Source: a virus (Duplodnaviria > Caudoviricetes). From it: a stretch of 24,889 bases of DNA. Below are positions 5,485 to 16,027 of this stretch, in pieces (within the stretch, counting starts at the first letter, position 1; each line of letters begins with the position of its first letter). The DNA lies in the IMG/VR virus record IMGVR_UViG_3300037742_000045, positions 1-24,889 of that record; one strand, written 5' to 3'. The position numbers and the translations under genes are program-made. A model generated the notes under the pieces. It ran no database searches. It saw only the letters and a list, made by a program, of their open reading frames with translations, and was not told the origin of the DNA.

Positions 5485-6119
5485 ACTGCTAACATTTCGG
5501 ATCTTAAATCGCTTAATTGTTGTTGTGAAATTTGAATAGGCAAATTCTCAGCCATAACGTTTATAATTTCCGCCTTGTCAAATTGCATTTTTTCAATATG
5601 GGTTAAAGCACAAGTCCTGAAATCTTCTATAAGTGAAATGAAAACACCGTAAATATTTGCCCCGTATTCATACCTAAAAACAATGAATTCGCAAAACTTT
5701 TGCAATTTCGTTCCATTGGGCGTGATTCCGTAAGAAACGAGTAGTGCGTCCAAATCTGATTCATTCGGGTAATCTCGGTTCATTTCGTCAGTAATAGTCT
5801 GAACCATCGACGCATTAACCGTTATGCCTTTCGCTACACTATACTTTTCCTGGTAAATCATTTTTTGACTTTCCAAATAACTGCGAGTGCCTTGCTTCCC
5901 CATAGAAGAGGATAAAGCTCTAGTTGTTAAAGAATTCACGTTTCTTGCTATCCTTTCAATATACAAAGGTGTTTTTTCTAACGCTATTTCCTCTAACGTA
6001 GGCTCAACTATTGGGACAACATCGTAAGGATATCCCTGCAATTCAACAGGGATTAATTCTGCATTTGGGAATTCGGCTGTAGCTCCATTACCCATGTTTA
6101 CTCTGACTTTATTTGCCAT
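5481..6119 (-). CDS. tail fibre-associated protein (chaperone-like), paralog of 4413-5051 (start revised to 6119)
   Basis: MANKVRVNMG aligns with MATKIRVNLG of paralog, giving identical 212-aa length; starts 2 nt after fibre stop. Confidence 0.6.
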   Translation of the reverse strand: MANKVRVNMGNGATAEFPNAELIPVELQGYPYDVVPIVEPTLEEIALEKTPLYIERIARNVNSLTTRALSSSMGKQGTRSYLESQKMIYQEKYSVAKGITVNASMVQTITDEMNRDYPNESDLDALLVSYGITPNGTKLQKFCEFIVFRYEYGANIYGVFISLIEDFRTCALTHIEKMQFDKAEIINVMAENLPIQISQQQLSDLRSEMLAV

Positions 6120-6121
6120 AA

Positions 6122-7765
6122 TTAAAAATATTTTAACCAATTAGGTTTAGCTGCCCAAAATCCTAGAGCCTGCAATCCGAAAATATCTGTATTTGAACCA
6201 GGTGTTGTCGCTAATATTGCACGAACCCCCGTTGAATTGTTTGCGCCTGGTGTATTGTATGCAGGGACGTTTGCCGTAATATCTTCATTGTACACAACCG
6301 TGCCGTCTATTTTTTTGACTTTGAAACGAACCCTTTTATTTACTGCGTCATTGTCAATTACTTCAATCATGCAAAGAAGCCATTCAGTTGCCGTTATAGC
6401 CTGTGATGTCCCAGTAGATACAGATGAAGCGTTTGCGCACTTAGCCTGTATTGTCGCCCCTGTAATATTAAACCATGCCCCTATTGTTGTATTTTCAGTC
6501 ACTCCCGAAATAGAAGCCGCGTGAGGCATTCCAACGATGGCCGATAAATTAGTCGTCACAATTGGGTTTATAATTCCAAAGAAAGTAGTCCCTTTAAAGA
6601 ATTGTGCAGGATAACTATTACCATCCGAAAATCTATATCCGCTATTATTAATCCCAGAAGCTGCAATAAACTTAACAAATGAATTACTATAAGGTGTTAT
6701 GTATGCATTTACAAAAGATTGTAAAGTACCGCTGTTTAATTGGCCCCCGGCAAAAGGATAAGCCCCTGATGCCGCTTGATTAAATTTAACCCATACGCCT
6801 ATATGTTGCAATATAGTGTCTGCGTGTTCAACTTCTAAAATATCACTTGAAACCAGAGCAGACTGGCCACTTCCAACCAATATGTTATTTGGAATGATTT
6901 CAAATATTTGCCCTGTATCCGTGATGTTATATTTTACAATTTCATTTTTTGCAATAGCAAAAGAAGCAACTGCGTTTACGTACGTCAAAAATCCAGCAAT
7001 ATCTTGGGTTGCTAAACTTGCAGAGGTTGTTGTCTTTACTGTTACAAATGCTTTGCTTACTTGATTCCCACTGCCTAAAAGACTATCCCCGTCTAGTGTT
7101 TTAATATTTGTACCTGAAACCAATAACGCCTGATAAGTAGTTGCTATATTGTCAATCAAATACTTAGCTTTCCCGAAAGCCTCTAAAATTGTATTTGAAG
7201 ATGTAAACGTTCCAGAAGCCGCAGACAATCCAGCCAAAACGGTTGCTAATATCGAAGCTCCTGAAGTTGTTTGATTGTTGTTAATCCATTTCTCCCAAAC
7301 ACCATCGTATCCGTTATAATGTAAATAATCGCCAACTTTCAAAGAAATATTTCCACTACCTAAATCAACTGTTTCATTTGCGACAGCCTGCCAATAATCA
7401 CCATTTTGACCTACTCCATCTACCAAAGTAATCGTAGCAGAATCATATTTCCCTTTGTAATGCGATGCCGTAGGGTCAAGAGGTGAAATGTTACTAAAGT
7501 CAAAAGCTGGGTAAAATAATTCTTCCAACCGCAACGAAAGCGCAGTTATTGTCACGAAAGTTTCCGGGGTTCCTGCGCCTGTATCGTCGTAAACGGTTAT
7601 ATTCGCTACATTGTAAACCCTTCTTTTCGATTGGCCTTGCTCAACGATTTGAAATGTTTCAATGTCTTCAGAAAAATAAAATTGCGACAATATAAATTCA
7701 CCCAGGTCGCTGTCAATATGCAGCCAGGTATAATTGCTCTTTTTTCTTATTTGTAATGTTGCCAT
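6122..7765 (-). CDS. tail fibre / receptor-binding protein
   Basis: YKGKYD..GQNGDYW..VGDYLHYNG..WEK and LVSGTNIKTLDGDSLLGSG fibre motifs; beta-rich C-terminal domain; synteny. Confidence 0.75.
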   Translation of the reverse strand: MATLQIRKKSNYTWLHIDSDLGEFILSQFYFSEDIETFQIVEQGQSKRRVYNVANITVYDDTGAGTPETFVTITALSLRLEELFYPAFDFSNISPLDPTASHYKGKYDSATITLVDGVGQNGDYWQAVANETVDLGSGNISLKVGDYLHYNGYDGVWEKWINNNQTTSGASILATVLAGLSAASGTFTSSNTILEAFGKAKYLIDNIATTYQALLVSGTNIKTLDGDSLLGSGNQVSKAFVTVKTTTSASLATQDIAGFLTYVNAVASFAIAKNEIVKYNITDTGQIFEIIPNNILVGSGQSALVSSDILEVEHADTILQHIGVWVKFNQAASGAYPFAGGQLNSGTLQSFVNAYITPYSNSFVKFIAASGINNSGYRFSDGNSYPAQFFKGTTFFGIINPIVTTNLSAIVGMPHAASISGVTENTTIGAWFNITGATIQAKCANASSVSTGTSQAITATEWLLCMIEVIDNDAVNKRVRFKVKKIDGTVVYNEDITANVPAYNTPGANNSTGVRAILATTPGSNTDIFGLQALGFWAAKPNWLKYF

Positions 7766-8286
7766 TAAGCTATTCTTTGTATGAACAATGCAACTATTGA
7801 AGGCTGCATGTTGTTGTGAGCTTCATCATTTCCTGCATCTGTTGTATCGGTATCCCCAAAAGAAAAAGTCCCAGATCCCCCAGCGCTAACCCCAGCAGCA
7901 AGCGTGCCAGATACTTCGTGATTATGGGCAGGCATTTCATCAATAGTCAACACATGATTTTCTTCTCCAAATGTATTTCCTAATATAGAGTAGTCATTTC
8001 CAGAAACGAATGCAGTAGCATCATATCCCACCGGAACTTTTCTTCTATAATCTTCAGTGTTATTGTCTCCGTTGCATATAGCAAATCCTAACATACTATT
8101 CAATCCCAAACCTGTACCATCAAAATTGTCTGAAACAAAATCAGAATCCACGTTAAGCAACTTAACCTCGTTTAACACAAAAACTTCATCACGCAAAGCC
8201 TGAAGAATTGTTCTTACCTCTAATGCCGTGTTGAGTCCGTTGTCGTTTATAGTTCCTATTAATGCATTGAATTGCGCTATTTGCAT
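7765..8286 (-). CDS. tail collar / short fibre-like protein
   Basis: GFAICNG..DYRRKVPVG..GEENHVLTIDEMPAHNH..AHNNMQPSIVALFIQR motif typical of phage tail-collar proteins. Confidence 0.82.
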   Translation of the reverse strand: MQIAQFNALIGTINDNGLNTALEVRTILQALRDEVFVLNEVKLLNVDSDFVSDNFDGTGLGLNSMLGFAICNGDNNTEDYRRKVPVGYDATAFVSGNDYSILGNTFGEENHVLTIDEMPAHNHEVSGTLAAGVSAGGSGTFSFGDTDTTDAGNDEAHNNMQPSIVALFIQRIA

Positions 8287-8297
8287 GATGTTGTATT

Positions 8298-9140
8298 TTA
8301 ATTTGTTAAAAAGTCGTTATTGTTCCAATCGGTATTTATAAAATCATCCGGATGAAGGATGTTAGAAAGAGTTTCGTTATAATTCATCGCTATTTTGAAT
8401 TCAACGTCAGTGATATTTGTTGCTCCGGTAAAATCTTCGGCCGGTATTGTTTGTTTATTCGTCACTCTATAATCGTTCACATAAATCACAGGATGAGTTA
8501 GTAAACAATTCAATCTTCTATATGTGAAATTATCGATTCCGGGGAAAAAATATTTTTCAAACTCTGTTTTTATCAATCTGGAATTTACCTTCAACCCGTC
8601 CAATGTTGTATACTCCGACGACGCACTTTCAGTATCGTTCCCAATAAACGCGCAAGATAACCTTATAGATTGATAATTATTTACTCTATTATACGCTATC
8701 CCATTGAATTCTTTATAGTCTCTATAAACGAACATAGTTGTTTGTTCTAAATCCCTGTCGCTAATTGTTATTGGATTTGTATACCAAACATAATCCGAAA
8801 CAGTGTGTTTGAAGCGAAGTGTTAGGGGCTGTTTATAAAAATCAGTCCCGACATCATCAATCGTAAAATAAATTTGTTGCAACCCTCTATTGTCTGTGAA
8901 TTCTGTTATTTGAACTTTTGCCGTGATATCTAACAATTCCGTTCCGCACAAATCGCACACATAAACACTGTAATTTCCATCAAAGGCAATGTTAGTTTTT
9001 GAATTAGTGATTTGAGAATAAACCCCCGTAGTTGAAAGCTGTATCTGAAAAAAATAATTCAATTTAGCATAAGCGCTTTGCCTGGTTTCTAATGCCTCGG
9101 AAAGCGTTGGTTTTAATCGTATAAATGCTAAATCATTCAT
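8298..9140 (-). CDS. tail tip structural protein
   Basis: 280-aa beta-rich ORF in tail module; synteny only. Confidence 0.6.
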   Translation of the reverse strand: MNDLAFIRLKPTLSEALETRQSAYAKLNYFFQIQLSTTGVYSQITNSKTNIAFDGNYSVYVCDLCGTELLDITAKVQITEFTDNRGLQQIYFTIDDVGTDFYKQPLTLRFKHTVSDYVWYTNPITISDRDLEQTTMFVYRDYKEFNGIAYNRVNNYQSIRLSCAFIGNDTESASSEYTTLDGLKVNSRLIKTEFEKYFFPGIDNFTYRRLNCLLTHPVIYVNDYRVTNKQTIPAEDFTGATNITDVEFKIAMNYNETLSNILHPDDFINTDWNNNDFLTN

Positions 9141-9141
9141 A

Positions 9142-11763
9142 TTACAGAATTGCAGTTAAGGCGTTTGAAAAATCAATTTGATTTGTATACAACGTTCCGT
9201 TTACTTTTATGTTGTAAAAAGATATTGGATTTGCCAATAAAATTGAATTGACATCATACAAACATACAAAATTATTGTTTATTGTGAAAGATTTTAAACC
9301 GATTTCGATGTCGTACCCAACTTCATTGATAAAAATTACATCTCCTGCCTTGTCTATTGCCATAAAATCGCTTTCAAATTTTTCCTCTAACTTCAATACA
9401 AGCTTATTCGTTGCAACCTCAAACTCAGCATCAACAGGATACCCTTTTATAATTTTATTAGCTACTGTTCGTACCCGGAAGAATCCTTTTTCAATTGCAA
9501 TCCGCTGAAACAAATCCTTTGCATTGTCAAAATCACAGAATACGGTGATATTGTGAACAATTGGATTTAATATTTTTTGACTTGCGATATCATTAACCGC
9601 AATTTCTTCTTTGTCGATAATTTCTTCTAAATCAGTGAACAATTTTGATTCAAATTTATCGTTAACACGAAACATGGTGTTTTTGATAGCTTTATCTTTT
9701 AAATATTTAGCGGCAGTAGCCAAAACAGGAAACCAGTGTATCATGTTTCTTTTTATTGTATAAATCAAATTGCTATAATTATCCCCCGAAACTATTCCTT
9801 GTATAGACTCAAAGCCTTCGTTTGTCCTGTTTACATACTGAACATCAGTTAATGGATAGTTTACATGCAAAGACGCACCACCAGAACCCGTAAAAAAAGC
9901 CGGTGATGTAGTTATGACTGTAGCTGTGAAATCAGTAACCGTTACCGATACGTTGTTTATAAGTATTTCATCACCAATATTGAATCCTAACAGATTCCAT
10001 GCAAAAGTGCCGTCGGAAAGAACTTTGTTTCCTGACCATTGCAGTACTGCAGTAAAATCTCCCCTTAATCCTTCTTCTATTGGATAGCAATCTACAAGAA
10101 ATATGCTTTCATCATTTTCGGTGGCCTTATTGTCTTTTACAATTTTCCTTCTTTGTTCTTCCAAAAGGAAAGCGCTTCTGATATGATCCAGCTCAATCTT
10201 TAATATTCCGTCTGTTTTTGTTGTTGGAAACATCCATTGTGTGTCCGTGTGTATATCGTCCCGCGTGTTTTCTTCTTCGTTTATTCGGCCAAAAGATGAT
10301 TTTTTGTATCCGTATTCAAATTGTTTTAAAAAGTATCGTTTATTGTATTCAAAAGTATTTTCCTCGTTTGGCAACTCTTCAAAAACTCCAATCTCTATAT
10401 TTTTATAAAAATCCCGGTACCCCAATACCTCTACTTTATCTTCATTTATCTGATAATCTCCATTTATCTCTTTTGGGATGTTCATCAAATCCTTAAATTT
10501 ATTCACAAAAGGCTTGTCTGTTAACTGAGCTATAAGATATCCGTTCAATGCAAAGTTATCGTAATGATCATTTCCGACATCGTATAAATTTGTTTCTACC
10601 GGAAGCCCTGATATAGAGTCTACATTATGCCTGATTAAATCTATTAAGCGAACACCTTTAACTACACTATTTATAGCTGTTGAAGTTGCAGTTATCTCTA
10701 TAGAATCACATTCCATTAGCCAATCTGTTTCGGAGGTTGGTGTTACAGAAGTCGTTCCGGAATTATCCTTTATAATCATTGCCATCCCTATTTTTTCACC
10801 CTTCTCAAGAACGGGAATGATAATATCTACCTGAAACGTTTCATCGAGGCCTAATGTTGTGTCAACGAAAACTTTGTATACGTCTTTAGAAAACATGTAT
10901 TGCCCATCGATATACCTACTGCCTATTTGAAAAGATTTAGTTGTATTCCCGCCAGTCCCGGACGGGCCGTTGAAAATATTTACATGCAGGTTTGTGATTT
11001 TAATGCGTATATTCGTAAGTCTTTCCCTGGCCTTTAGTAATGTCCCGTAATCCGTAATCGTAACTCTGTCGGTATCGTCTATTTGACCCTCAGTATCGTA
11101 CGTCCTATCCAAACCGATATAGCTATCATCTATATCGAATTTTATAAGTTCCTTTTGTGGAAAGGCAAAGAAAAAATTATTAACCCCATAAGCGACAAAC
11201 GTCCCCAATATAGCATCAGATGTCCATTGACTCGCTTGCTCCAATGGTTTTGATTTCAACAGGATATTAGAAGTCTGGCATGGTGGAATAGTGTTTCCGT
11301 CTAAATCCTTATCTGAAAAAGCATCAACAAAGACATCTTCACGCCTTTTTATCAATTCCCTGTTTGTGTTTTGAATTACACTCACTTCGATTTCATCCTG
11401 GGTTATTTTCAATGTGAAAAACTCCAAAATACCCATTGTAAAAGGAACTCCGTCCTTTTCAATAATATACTCAACTTCACTTTCCCATCCTTGTTCTTCC
11501 AATAATAATGACAAATAATCAAACCCATGCGAAGCGTGATTAAATTCCGTTCCGTCCGGTAGTATTTGATGCTCATACATGCCGTCGAAGTGATCACGGA
11601 ATAATTTTAGCTTAATGTCTTCGTTTCCGATAACGACATCACGGCCATAACGTCCGGAATCCTGAGAGATTTTAAAAGTCTGTCCATCGGATCCAAAAGG
11701 CTCAGCTATTTGAATGGTCCCGATTTTAGGATACGATATAAAGTTTAAAAAATGCTTAAACAT
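9142..11763 (-). CDS. large tail tip/hub structural protein
   Basis: 873 aa, immediately downstream of tape measure gene. Confidence 0.65.
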   Translation of the reverse strand: MFKHFLNFISYPKIGTIQIAEPFGSDGQTFKISQDSGRYGRDVVIGNEDIKLKLFRDHFDGMYEHQILPDGTEFNHASHGFDYLSLLLEEQGWESEVEYIIEKDGVPFTMGILEFFTLKITQDEIEVSVIQNTNRELIKRREDVFVDAFSDKDLDGNTIPPCQTSNILLKSKPLEQASQWTSDAILGTFVAYGVNNFFFAFPQKELIKFDIDDSYIGLDRTYDTEGQIDDTDRVTITDYGTLLKARERLTNIRIKITNLHVNIFNGPSGTGGNTTKSFQIGSRYIDGQYMFSKDVYKVFVDTTLGLDETFQVDIIIPVLEKGEKIGMAMIIKDNSGTTSVTPTSETDWLMECDSIEITATSTAINSVVKGVRLIDLIRHNVDSISGLPVETNLYDVGNDHYDNFALNGYLIAQLTDKPFVNKFKDLMNIPKEINGDYQINEDKVEVLGYRDFYKNIEIGVFEELPNEENTFEYNKRYFLKQFEYGYKKSSFGRINEEENTRDDIHTDTQWMFPTTKTDGILKIELDHIRSAFLLEEQRRKIVKDNKATENDESIFLVDCYPIEEGLRGDFTAVLQWSGNKVLSDGTFAWNLLGFNIGDEILINNVSVTVTDFTATVITTSPAFFTGSGGASLHVNYPLTDVQYVNRTNEGFESIQGIVSGDNYSNLIYTIKRNMIHWFPVLATAAKYLKDKAIKNTMFRVNDKFESKLFTDLEEIIDKEEIAVNDIASQKILNPIVHNITVFCDFDNAKDLFQRIAIEKGFFRVRTVANKIIKGYPVDAEFEVATNKLVLKLEEKFESDFMAIDKAGDVIFINEVGYDIEIGLKSFTINNNFVCLYDVNSILLANPISFYNIKVNGTLYTNQIDFSNALTAIL

Positions 11764-14700
11764 GGAATGATTTTATTTTTAGTCGACTATTCAGTAATTC
11801 TTTCATTTGGCCCTGCTTTTTCTCGAAAAGCCTTTCGCCTTTTGCGTCTTTGATGATAAGCAAACTTTCTCTTTCGCTTATTGTTCTTGATAACTTATTT
11901 ATTCCGTTATCGAAGTCTGATTTACTTAACCCATTGTTCGAATACGAAGATTCTGAGATATTTTTGCTCATAAAAATGCCTTGAAAAAACAACATTTCGT
12001 CCAATTGTTTTTTATGCCATTGCTCAGGCGTATATACTTTCGTACCTTTTGGCTTATTCAACAAAACGTTTCTGTCATTATACTGTGTAGCCTTACCATC
12101 AGGAGTTACAACTGTTTCTTTATAATTAGAGCCTTTGCCGTCATTGATCAACATTCGACCTCCAGGGTGATTTTCAGTCCCTTCAGCATAAGCCGGTATC
12201 TGCTGACTATTAACCATAGCTATTTGAGCAGCTCCAATTCCTGCAAACAAAGCAGCTACAGCGATATTGGCCGGGAAAGAAACTTCTGCCAAGGCCGAAA
12301 CAACTGCCTGGGCTGTATCAATTATAATATTGAAAATAGAAGCCTTCTTTTGTTGCTGCAATTTTCTGCGCTCAATTTCTTGACGTTTCTTTTCATACTG
12401 CCTTTCGATTTCCTCTTTAGCTGTTGCGCTATCACCTGCAAACCTGATAGCGATGTTCTTTTGATTTTCTAATCTATCGAATTCAGCCTGGAAACGCATT
12501 TCCGATTGTTGGTTTATAAACGCAAAAGCTTCTTGAGCGACATCAGCCAATCCATTGAAAGCAATTGCAGCTTTTTGACCAAAACTGTCAGCGCCTTCAA
12601 TTAGTCTATCAAATGTACTTTTCCCGTTTTCATCTAATTTCAAGAAGAAATTTAGAGAACCAAGACCTCCCTTGTCTAAAAATCCGGCTTGGATTTCTTT
12701 AAAGTAGCTCTGGGTGTTTATTATAAGTTGCTTAGTTTTTTCAGCTTCAACTTCCAATCTGGAATTCGTTGCAGATGCCAAAGCTTTCTCAATAGCGATT
12801 TGCTCGCCTTTAAGCTTATTTAATGCTTCTACATTGTCTTTCGTAACATCAAAGGCCTCAATCTCGGCGTTCTTAATTCTTAATTGATGTTCTAGCCTTC
12901 TTTCAGTCGTGTTTTTAGATAATTCAACTTTTAATTTCTCATAACTTTTGTAACGTTTCAAATCACTTTCAATAGTCAAATTCGATAATAACAAATTCAA
13001 TTGTCTTAAATCGTCTAACTCCTGCTGGTCAATTATGTTTAATTTAGCCTGATTCGATACCCTGTCATATAATTCTTTAATTTTTCCTACCGTATCGGCA
13101 GTAATTCCGATTACTTTTTGCGCATGGTCAAATTCAATCTTCTGAATGTTTATATTGCTTTGGGTTATTAAATCCTGTTTTTGCTTTTCTGACAAGCCTT
13201 TTTGAGATAATAAGGCTGCACTCGCCTTTTCTTCTAAACGAATTTCCTCGTTCATTTCCAATGTAGCTAATTGCATCTTTCTCATTTGCAATAATTCAAA
13301 TGATTTTGACCGTTCCTCGTTGGTTTTCTTTTCGTTTTCGTATATCTTTTGATTATTTGATATTTCAGCGTTTAAAATAGCCTGCATCAGAGCAAATTCG
13401 CTGGCCGGGATATCTGCAAGCGTAAGCTCTTTTAATTGCTTAATCTTTTTTTGTCTTTGTTTGTCTTCTTGGTATTCAAGCCCAATTGTTTCCCCTTTTA
13501 AACGAATTATCGTACCATCATTTTTTATAATGGCCTCGGTGTATTTTTGAATTTCCGCATCAAGCTCGATCAACCTTTCTTTTGTCTTATTTTCCTTATC
13601 TCCAATTGCTGCCAATGCTTCCGGTCTTACTGAATCCCTTTTAAGCAATAAAGACAATTGCTTTTGGGTCTGAAGAAGTATTTTTTCTTGAACGTCTCTT
13701 TCTTCGTTTAAGTCAATCAGTTTTTGTTTATTGGCTACATTTAATTCAGTACCTTTTTCGACCTGCTTTCTTTTTTCTAGTGCAGTATTTAATCGATTCT
13801 GCGCTTCTGCGGTCTTTCCTGTCAATATTTGCTCATCAGTTAGGTTCTTGAAATAGAAAGGGTATTGTGATCGCAATTGCTTCAATGCAATGTTTCTTTC
13901 TTCATCACTCAATTTCCTATCCTTAACAACTGCAAGATATTTTTTCAACTCAATAATATCGCTTTGAGCATCTTTTTTTCCAGTTATGCGGGTGTTATTA
14001 AATTCTTTCTGTCTTTTATTCAGTTCGTCCAAAGCATCGCTGGCTCCAAACAATGCTGCAACCCAAATGCCAATTTCTTTACCATAAACAGTGAGCAATG
14101 TAATTCCAACACCCATAAGCGTTTGCCATGACAATAATGCTCCGGCTACTTGACTCAATACGCTTTTTACCGGCTGACCTTGCGCAATCAATTCTTTATT
14201 TTGACGAATCGCATTTCCGATGGCATCTGAGAAAATCGGAATGTTGTTTGATAATGCCATAAATCCAGTCTGTACCGAATAAGTAAACGCCGGCATTTCC
14301 CTAGTTAACTGATTGATGCTATTTGACAACGGATTGAAACCGCTGGCATAATTTCCGACATTTCGGGTGTGCTTACCTACGGTGGCATCAACTGCCTTTA
14401 AAGTTGCATTATATTTTTCAGTTACCCGTCCTAATGTGGCAAGACGAGCCTCTTCTTGCGCGGTTAAATTATTGTAACGTTCTTTTTTTACAGCTAAATT
14501 GTTATAAGCCTGTTGCACCAGGTTTAGCTGCTGCTGAGTCCTGTTATATAGATTTTGAGCTGCATTCAATCGTTGCATCTCTTTTTGGTGTTGCGCTTCA
14601 GCTCGAGCAAAAGCCTTATCCCGATCGGAAGCTAATTTCAATTCAGCAAGTCTTTGGCGCTCAGCATTTCTTACAACAGCATTAGCGACCCTTTCATTTG

Positions 14701-14899
14701 CTTTTTCAATCTTTCCAAAATCAGCAATCACCTTCTGCATTTCGGCTGGATTCTTTGCGGACTTACCGCCAAAGAAATCAATATTCAACTTTGATATTTT
14801 AACGATATCATCATGCGTTTGACCTAAAAGAGTGTGAGCTTCTTTTAACCCGTCGATCGCATTTTTACTATAAATTAAATCAATGAAATTATTTGCCAT
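11756..14899 (-). CDS. tail tape measure protein
   Basis: 1047 aa, largely coiled coil; RNVGNYASGF..INQLTREMPAF..GFMALSNNIP motif, hydrophobic patches, C-terminal IPAYAEGT. Confidence 0.9.
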   Translation of the reverse strand: MANNFIDLIYSKNAIDGLKEAHTLLGQTHDDIVKISKLNIDFFGGKSAKNPAEMQKVIADFGKIEKANERVANAVVRNAERQRLAELKLASDRDKAFARAEAQHQKEMQRLNAAQNLYNRTQQQLNLVQQAYNNLAVKKERYNNLTAQEEARLATLGRVTEKYNATLKAVDATVGKHTRNVGNYASGFNPLSNSINQLTREMPAFTYSVQTGFMALSNNIPIFSDAIGNAIRQNKELIAQGQPVKSVLSQVAGALLSWQTLMGVGITLLTVYGKEIGIWVAALFGASDALDELNKRQKEFNNTRITGKKDAQSDIIELKKYLAVVKDRKLSDEERNIALKQLRSQYPFYFKNLTDEQILTGKTAEAQNRLNTALEKRKQVEKGTELNVANKQKLIDLNEERDVQEKILLQTQKQLSLLLKRDSVRPEALAAIGDKENKTKERLIELDAEIQKYTEAIIKNDGTIIRLKGETIGLEYQEDKQRQKKIKQLKELTLADIPASEFALMQAILNAEISNNQKIYENEKKTNEERSKSFELLQMRKMQLATLEMNEEIRLEEKASAALLSQKGLSEKQKQDLITQSNINIQKIEFDHAQKVIGITADTVGKIKELYDRVSNQAKLNIIDQQELDDLRQLNLLLSNLTIESDLKRYKSYEKLKVELSKNTTERRLEHQLRIKNAEIEAFDVTKDNVEALNKLKGEQIAIEKALASATNSRLEVEAEKTKQLIINTQSYFKEIQAGFLDKGGLGSLNFFLKLDENGKSTFDRLIEGADSFGQKAAIAFNGLADVAQEAFAFINQQSEMRFQAEFDRLENQKNIAIRFAGDSATAKEEIERQYEKKRQEIERRKLQQQKKASIFNIIIDTAQAVVSALAEVSFPANIAVAALFAGIGAAQIAMVNSQQIPAYAEGTENHPGGRMLINDGKGSNYKETVVTPDGKATQYNDRNVLLNKPKGTKVYTPEQWHKKQLDEMLFFQGIFMSKNISESSYSNNGLSKSDFDNGINKLSRTISERESLLIIKDAKGERLFEKKQGQMKELLNSRLKIKSFHV

Positions 14900-15519
14900 T
14901 ATTTACCTTTATTTTGTCGTTTAACCGTTTCTTCAGCTTGCTTTTTGTATTCTTCCCAATCAGCCACGGTGATTTCTTTTGGTTCGATTCTGTACTTCAA
15001 TTCCAGTATTCTGCCAACACTGATCAATTGGCTTTCAATACTCGAAACCTCGCCTTTGTCTTCTTCTTCTAATTCACTTTCATAGATAGCTATTTTTGTC
15101 TTTATTCCCTGGATTCTGTTAGAAATATCTTCTAATTGCTTGAAAATATCTTTTCTTCTGTCAATCCTGTAGTTCCATTTTTCCAACGCATCTACCAACA
15201 ATTCAAATCGCTTAATATTTCCATCTTTTGGAAAATTGTACAGCGCCTTAAGTATCAAACTTACCGTATTGTATTTAGTAGTGTATTTCAGGATATTATG
15301 AATCACACCAAATCTATTGATTATAGAGTTATTCTTTGTCAGTTTCAAATAATGGCCGTAAAATTCAGTCATTATATTTTCCAGATCCTTGTGATGTTTG
15401 AATTCTTTAGTGAAATATCGCAAATCCTTAGTTTTCAAATACTCCAATAAATTCCAAAGAATCATTTCTTGCGGTGTTTCATAGAATGTTATATTTGTTT
15501 TGAATAGTGCTATAGCCAT
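14899..15519 (-). CDS. putative tail assembly chaperone
   Basis: Helical 206-aa protein directly upstream of tape measure; ITVADWEEY C-terminus; function from synteny. Confidence 0.55.
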   Translation of the reverse strand: MAIALFKTNITFYETPQEMILWNLLEYLKTKDLRYFTKEFKHHKDLENIMTEFYGHYLKLTKNNSIINRFGVIHNILKYTTKYNTVSLILKALYNFPKDGNIKRFELLVDALEKWNYRIDRRKDIFKQLEDISNRIQGIKTKIAIYESELEEEDKGEVSSIESQLISVGRILELKYRIEPKEITVADWEEYKKQAEETVKRQNKGK

Positions 15520-15956
15520 TGGTGAATGTATTTTAGTATTTCAGGTTTCAATATTTCTTTATTTACAAAGCTTTCGTTTTCATCGGTAAGCCCGAAAATC
15601 TCTTTTCCATATTTTCGTATCAGTTTCGGTGTTTTTTCGTCATTGGCAAATATTTCTAAAGATAAGTTTTCTTTGTCAATTTTAAGCAAAAACGACCTGT
15701 AAAAAGCACCTGAATAAAACAAAGTAACTCTATCATAAGGCTGCCCAAGCAATTGCTTTACTTCAATAGTAAATGGGCTATAATCCGGAAACAAACCCAT
15801 TCCTTCGCTGTCAATCCCTTTCTCGTATAACTGTGACTGCCTATTCAAATCCAATATAGTAGCGGAATTCAGTTTGATAATTTGCTCCGTTTGATTAGGA
15901 ATGTTATCAATAACGTTTTTCATAAAGTCCATATAGTCTTTTACCGTTCTGCTCAT
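15510..15956 (-). CDS. putative neck/tail completion protein
   Basis: LNRQSQLYEKGIDSEG..YSPFT..RVTLFYSGAFYRSF..KYGKEIFGL; resembles morphogenesis proteins; synteny. Confidence 0.6.
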   Translation of the reverse strand: MSRTVKDYMDFMKNVIDNIPNQTEQIIKLNSATILDLNRQSQLYEKGIDSEGMGLFPDYSPFTIEVKQLLGQPYDRVTLFYSGAFYRSFLLKIDKENLSLEIFANDEKTPKLIRKYGKEIFGLTDENESFVNKEILKPEILKYIHQWL

Positions 15957-15960
15957 TATA

Positions 15961-15968
15961 CAAATTTA
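15961..15968 (-). promoter_or_regulatory. -7 promoter element TAAATTTG for distal tail genes
   Basis: Exact TAnnTTTG just downstream of the terminator, 4 nt before ATG 15956; TTTG at 15994-15991 (22-nt spacer). Confidence 0.55.
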
Positions 15969-15969
15969 T

Positions 15970-16004
15970 AAAAAAAGCCGTGTCCTTTTACAAAACACGG
16001 CTTT
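15970..16004 (-). terminator. intrinsic terminator after major tail gene
   Basis: AAAGCCGTGT/ACACGGCTTT 10-bp stem with T tract on minus strand. Confidence 0.85.
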
Positions 16005-16027
16005 AAAAACAAAATTATGAAAACATC

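Noticed and set aside
4413-7765. DGR target or invertible fibre cassette
   Set aside because: No reverse transcriptase or invertase in the window, no near-identical adenine-variant repeat seen, and the paralogs are same-orientation and diverged throughout
14899-15956. Programmed frameshift in tail assembly chaperones
   Set aside because: Each ORF has its own ATG and I found no convincing slippery site joining two frames
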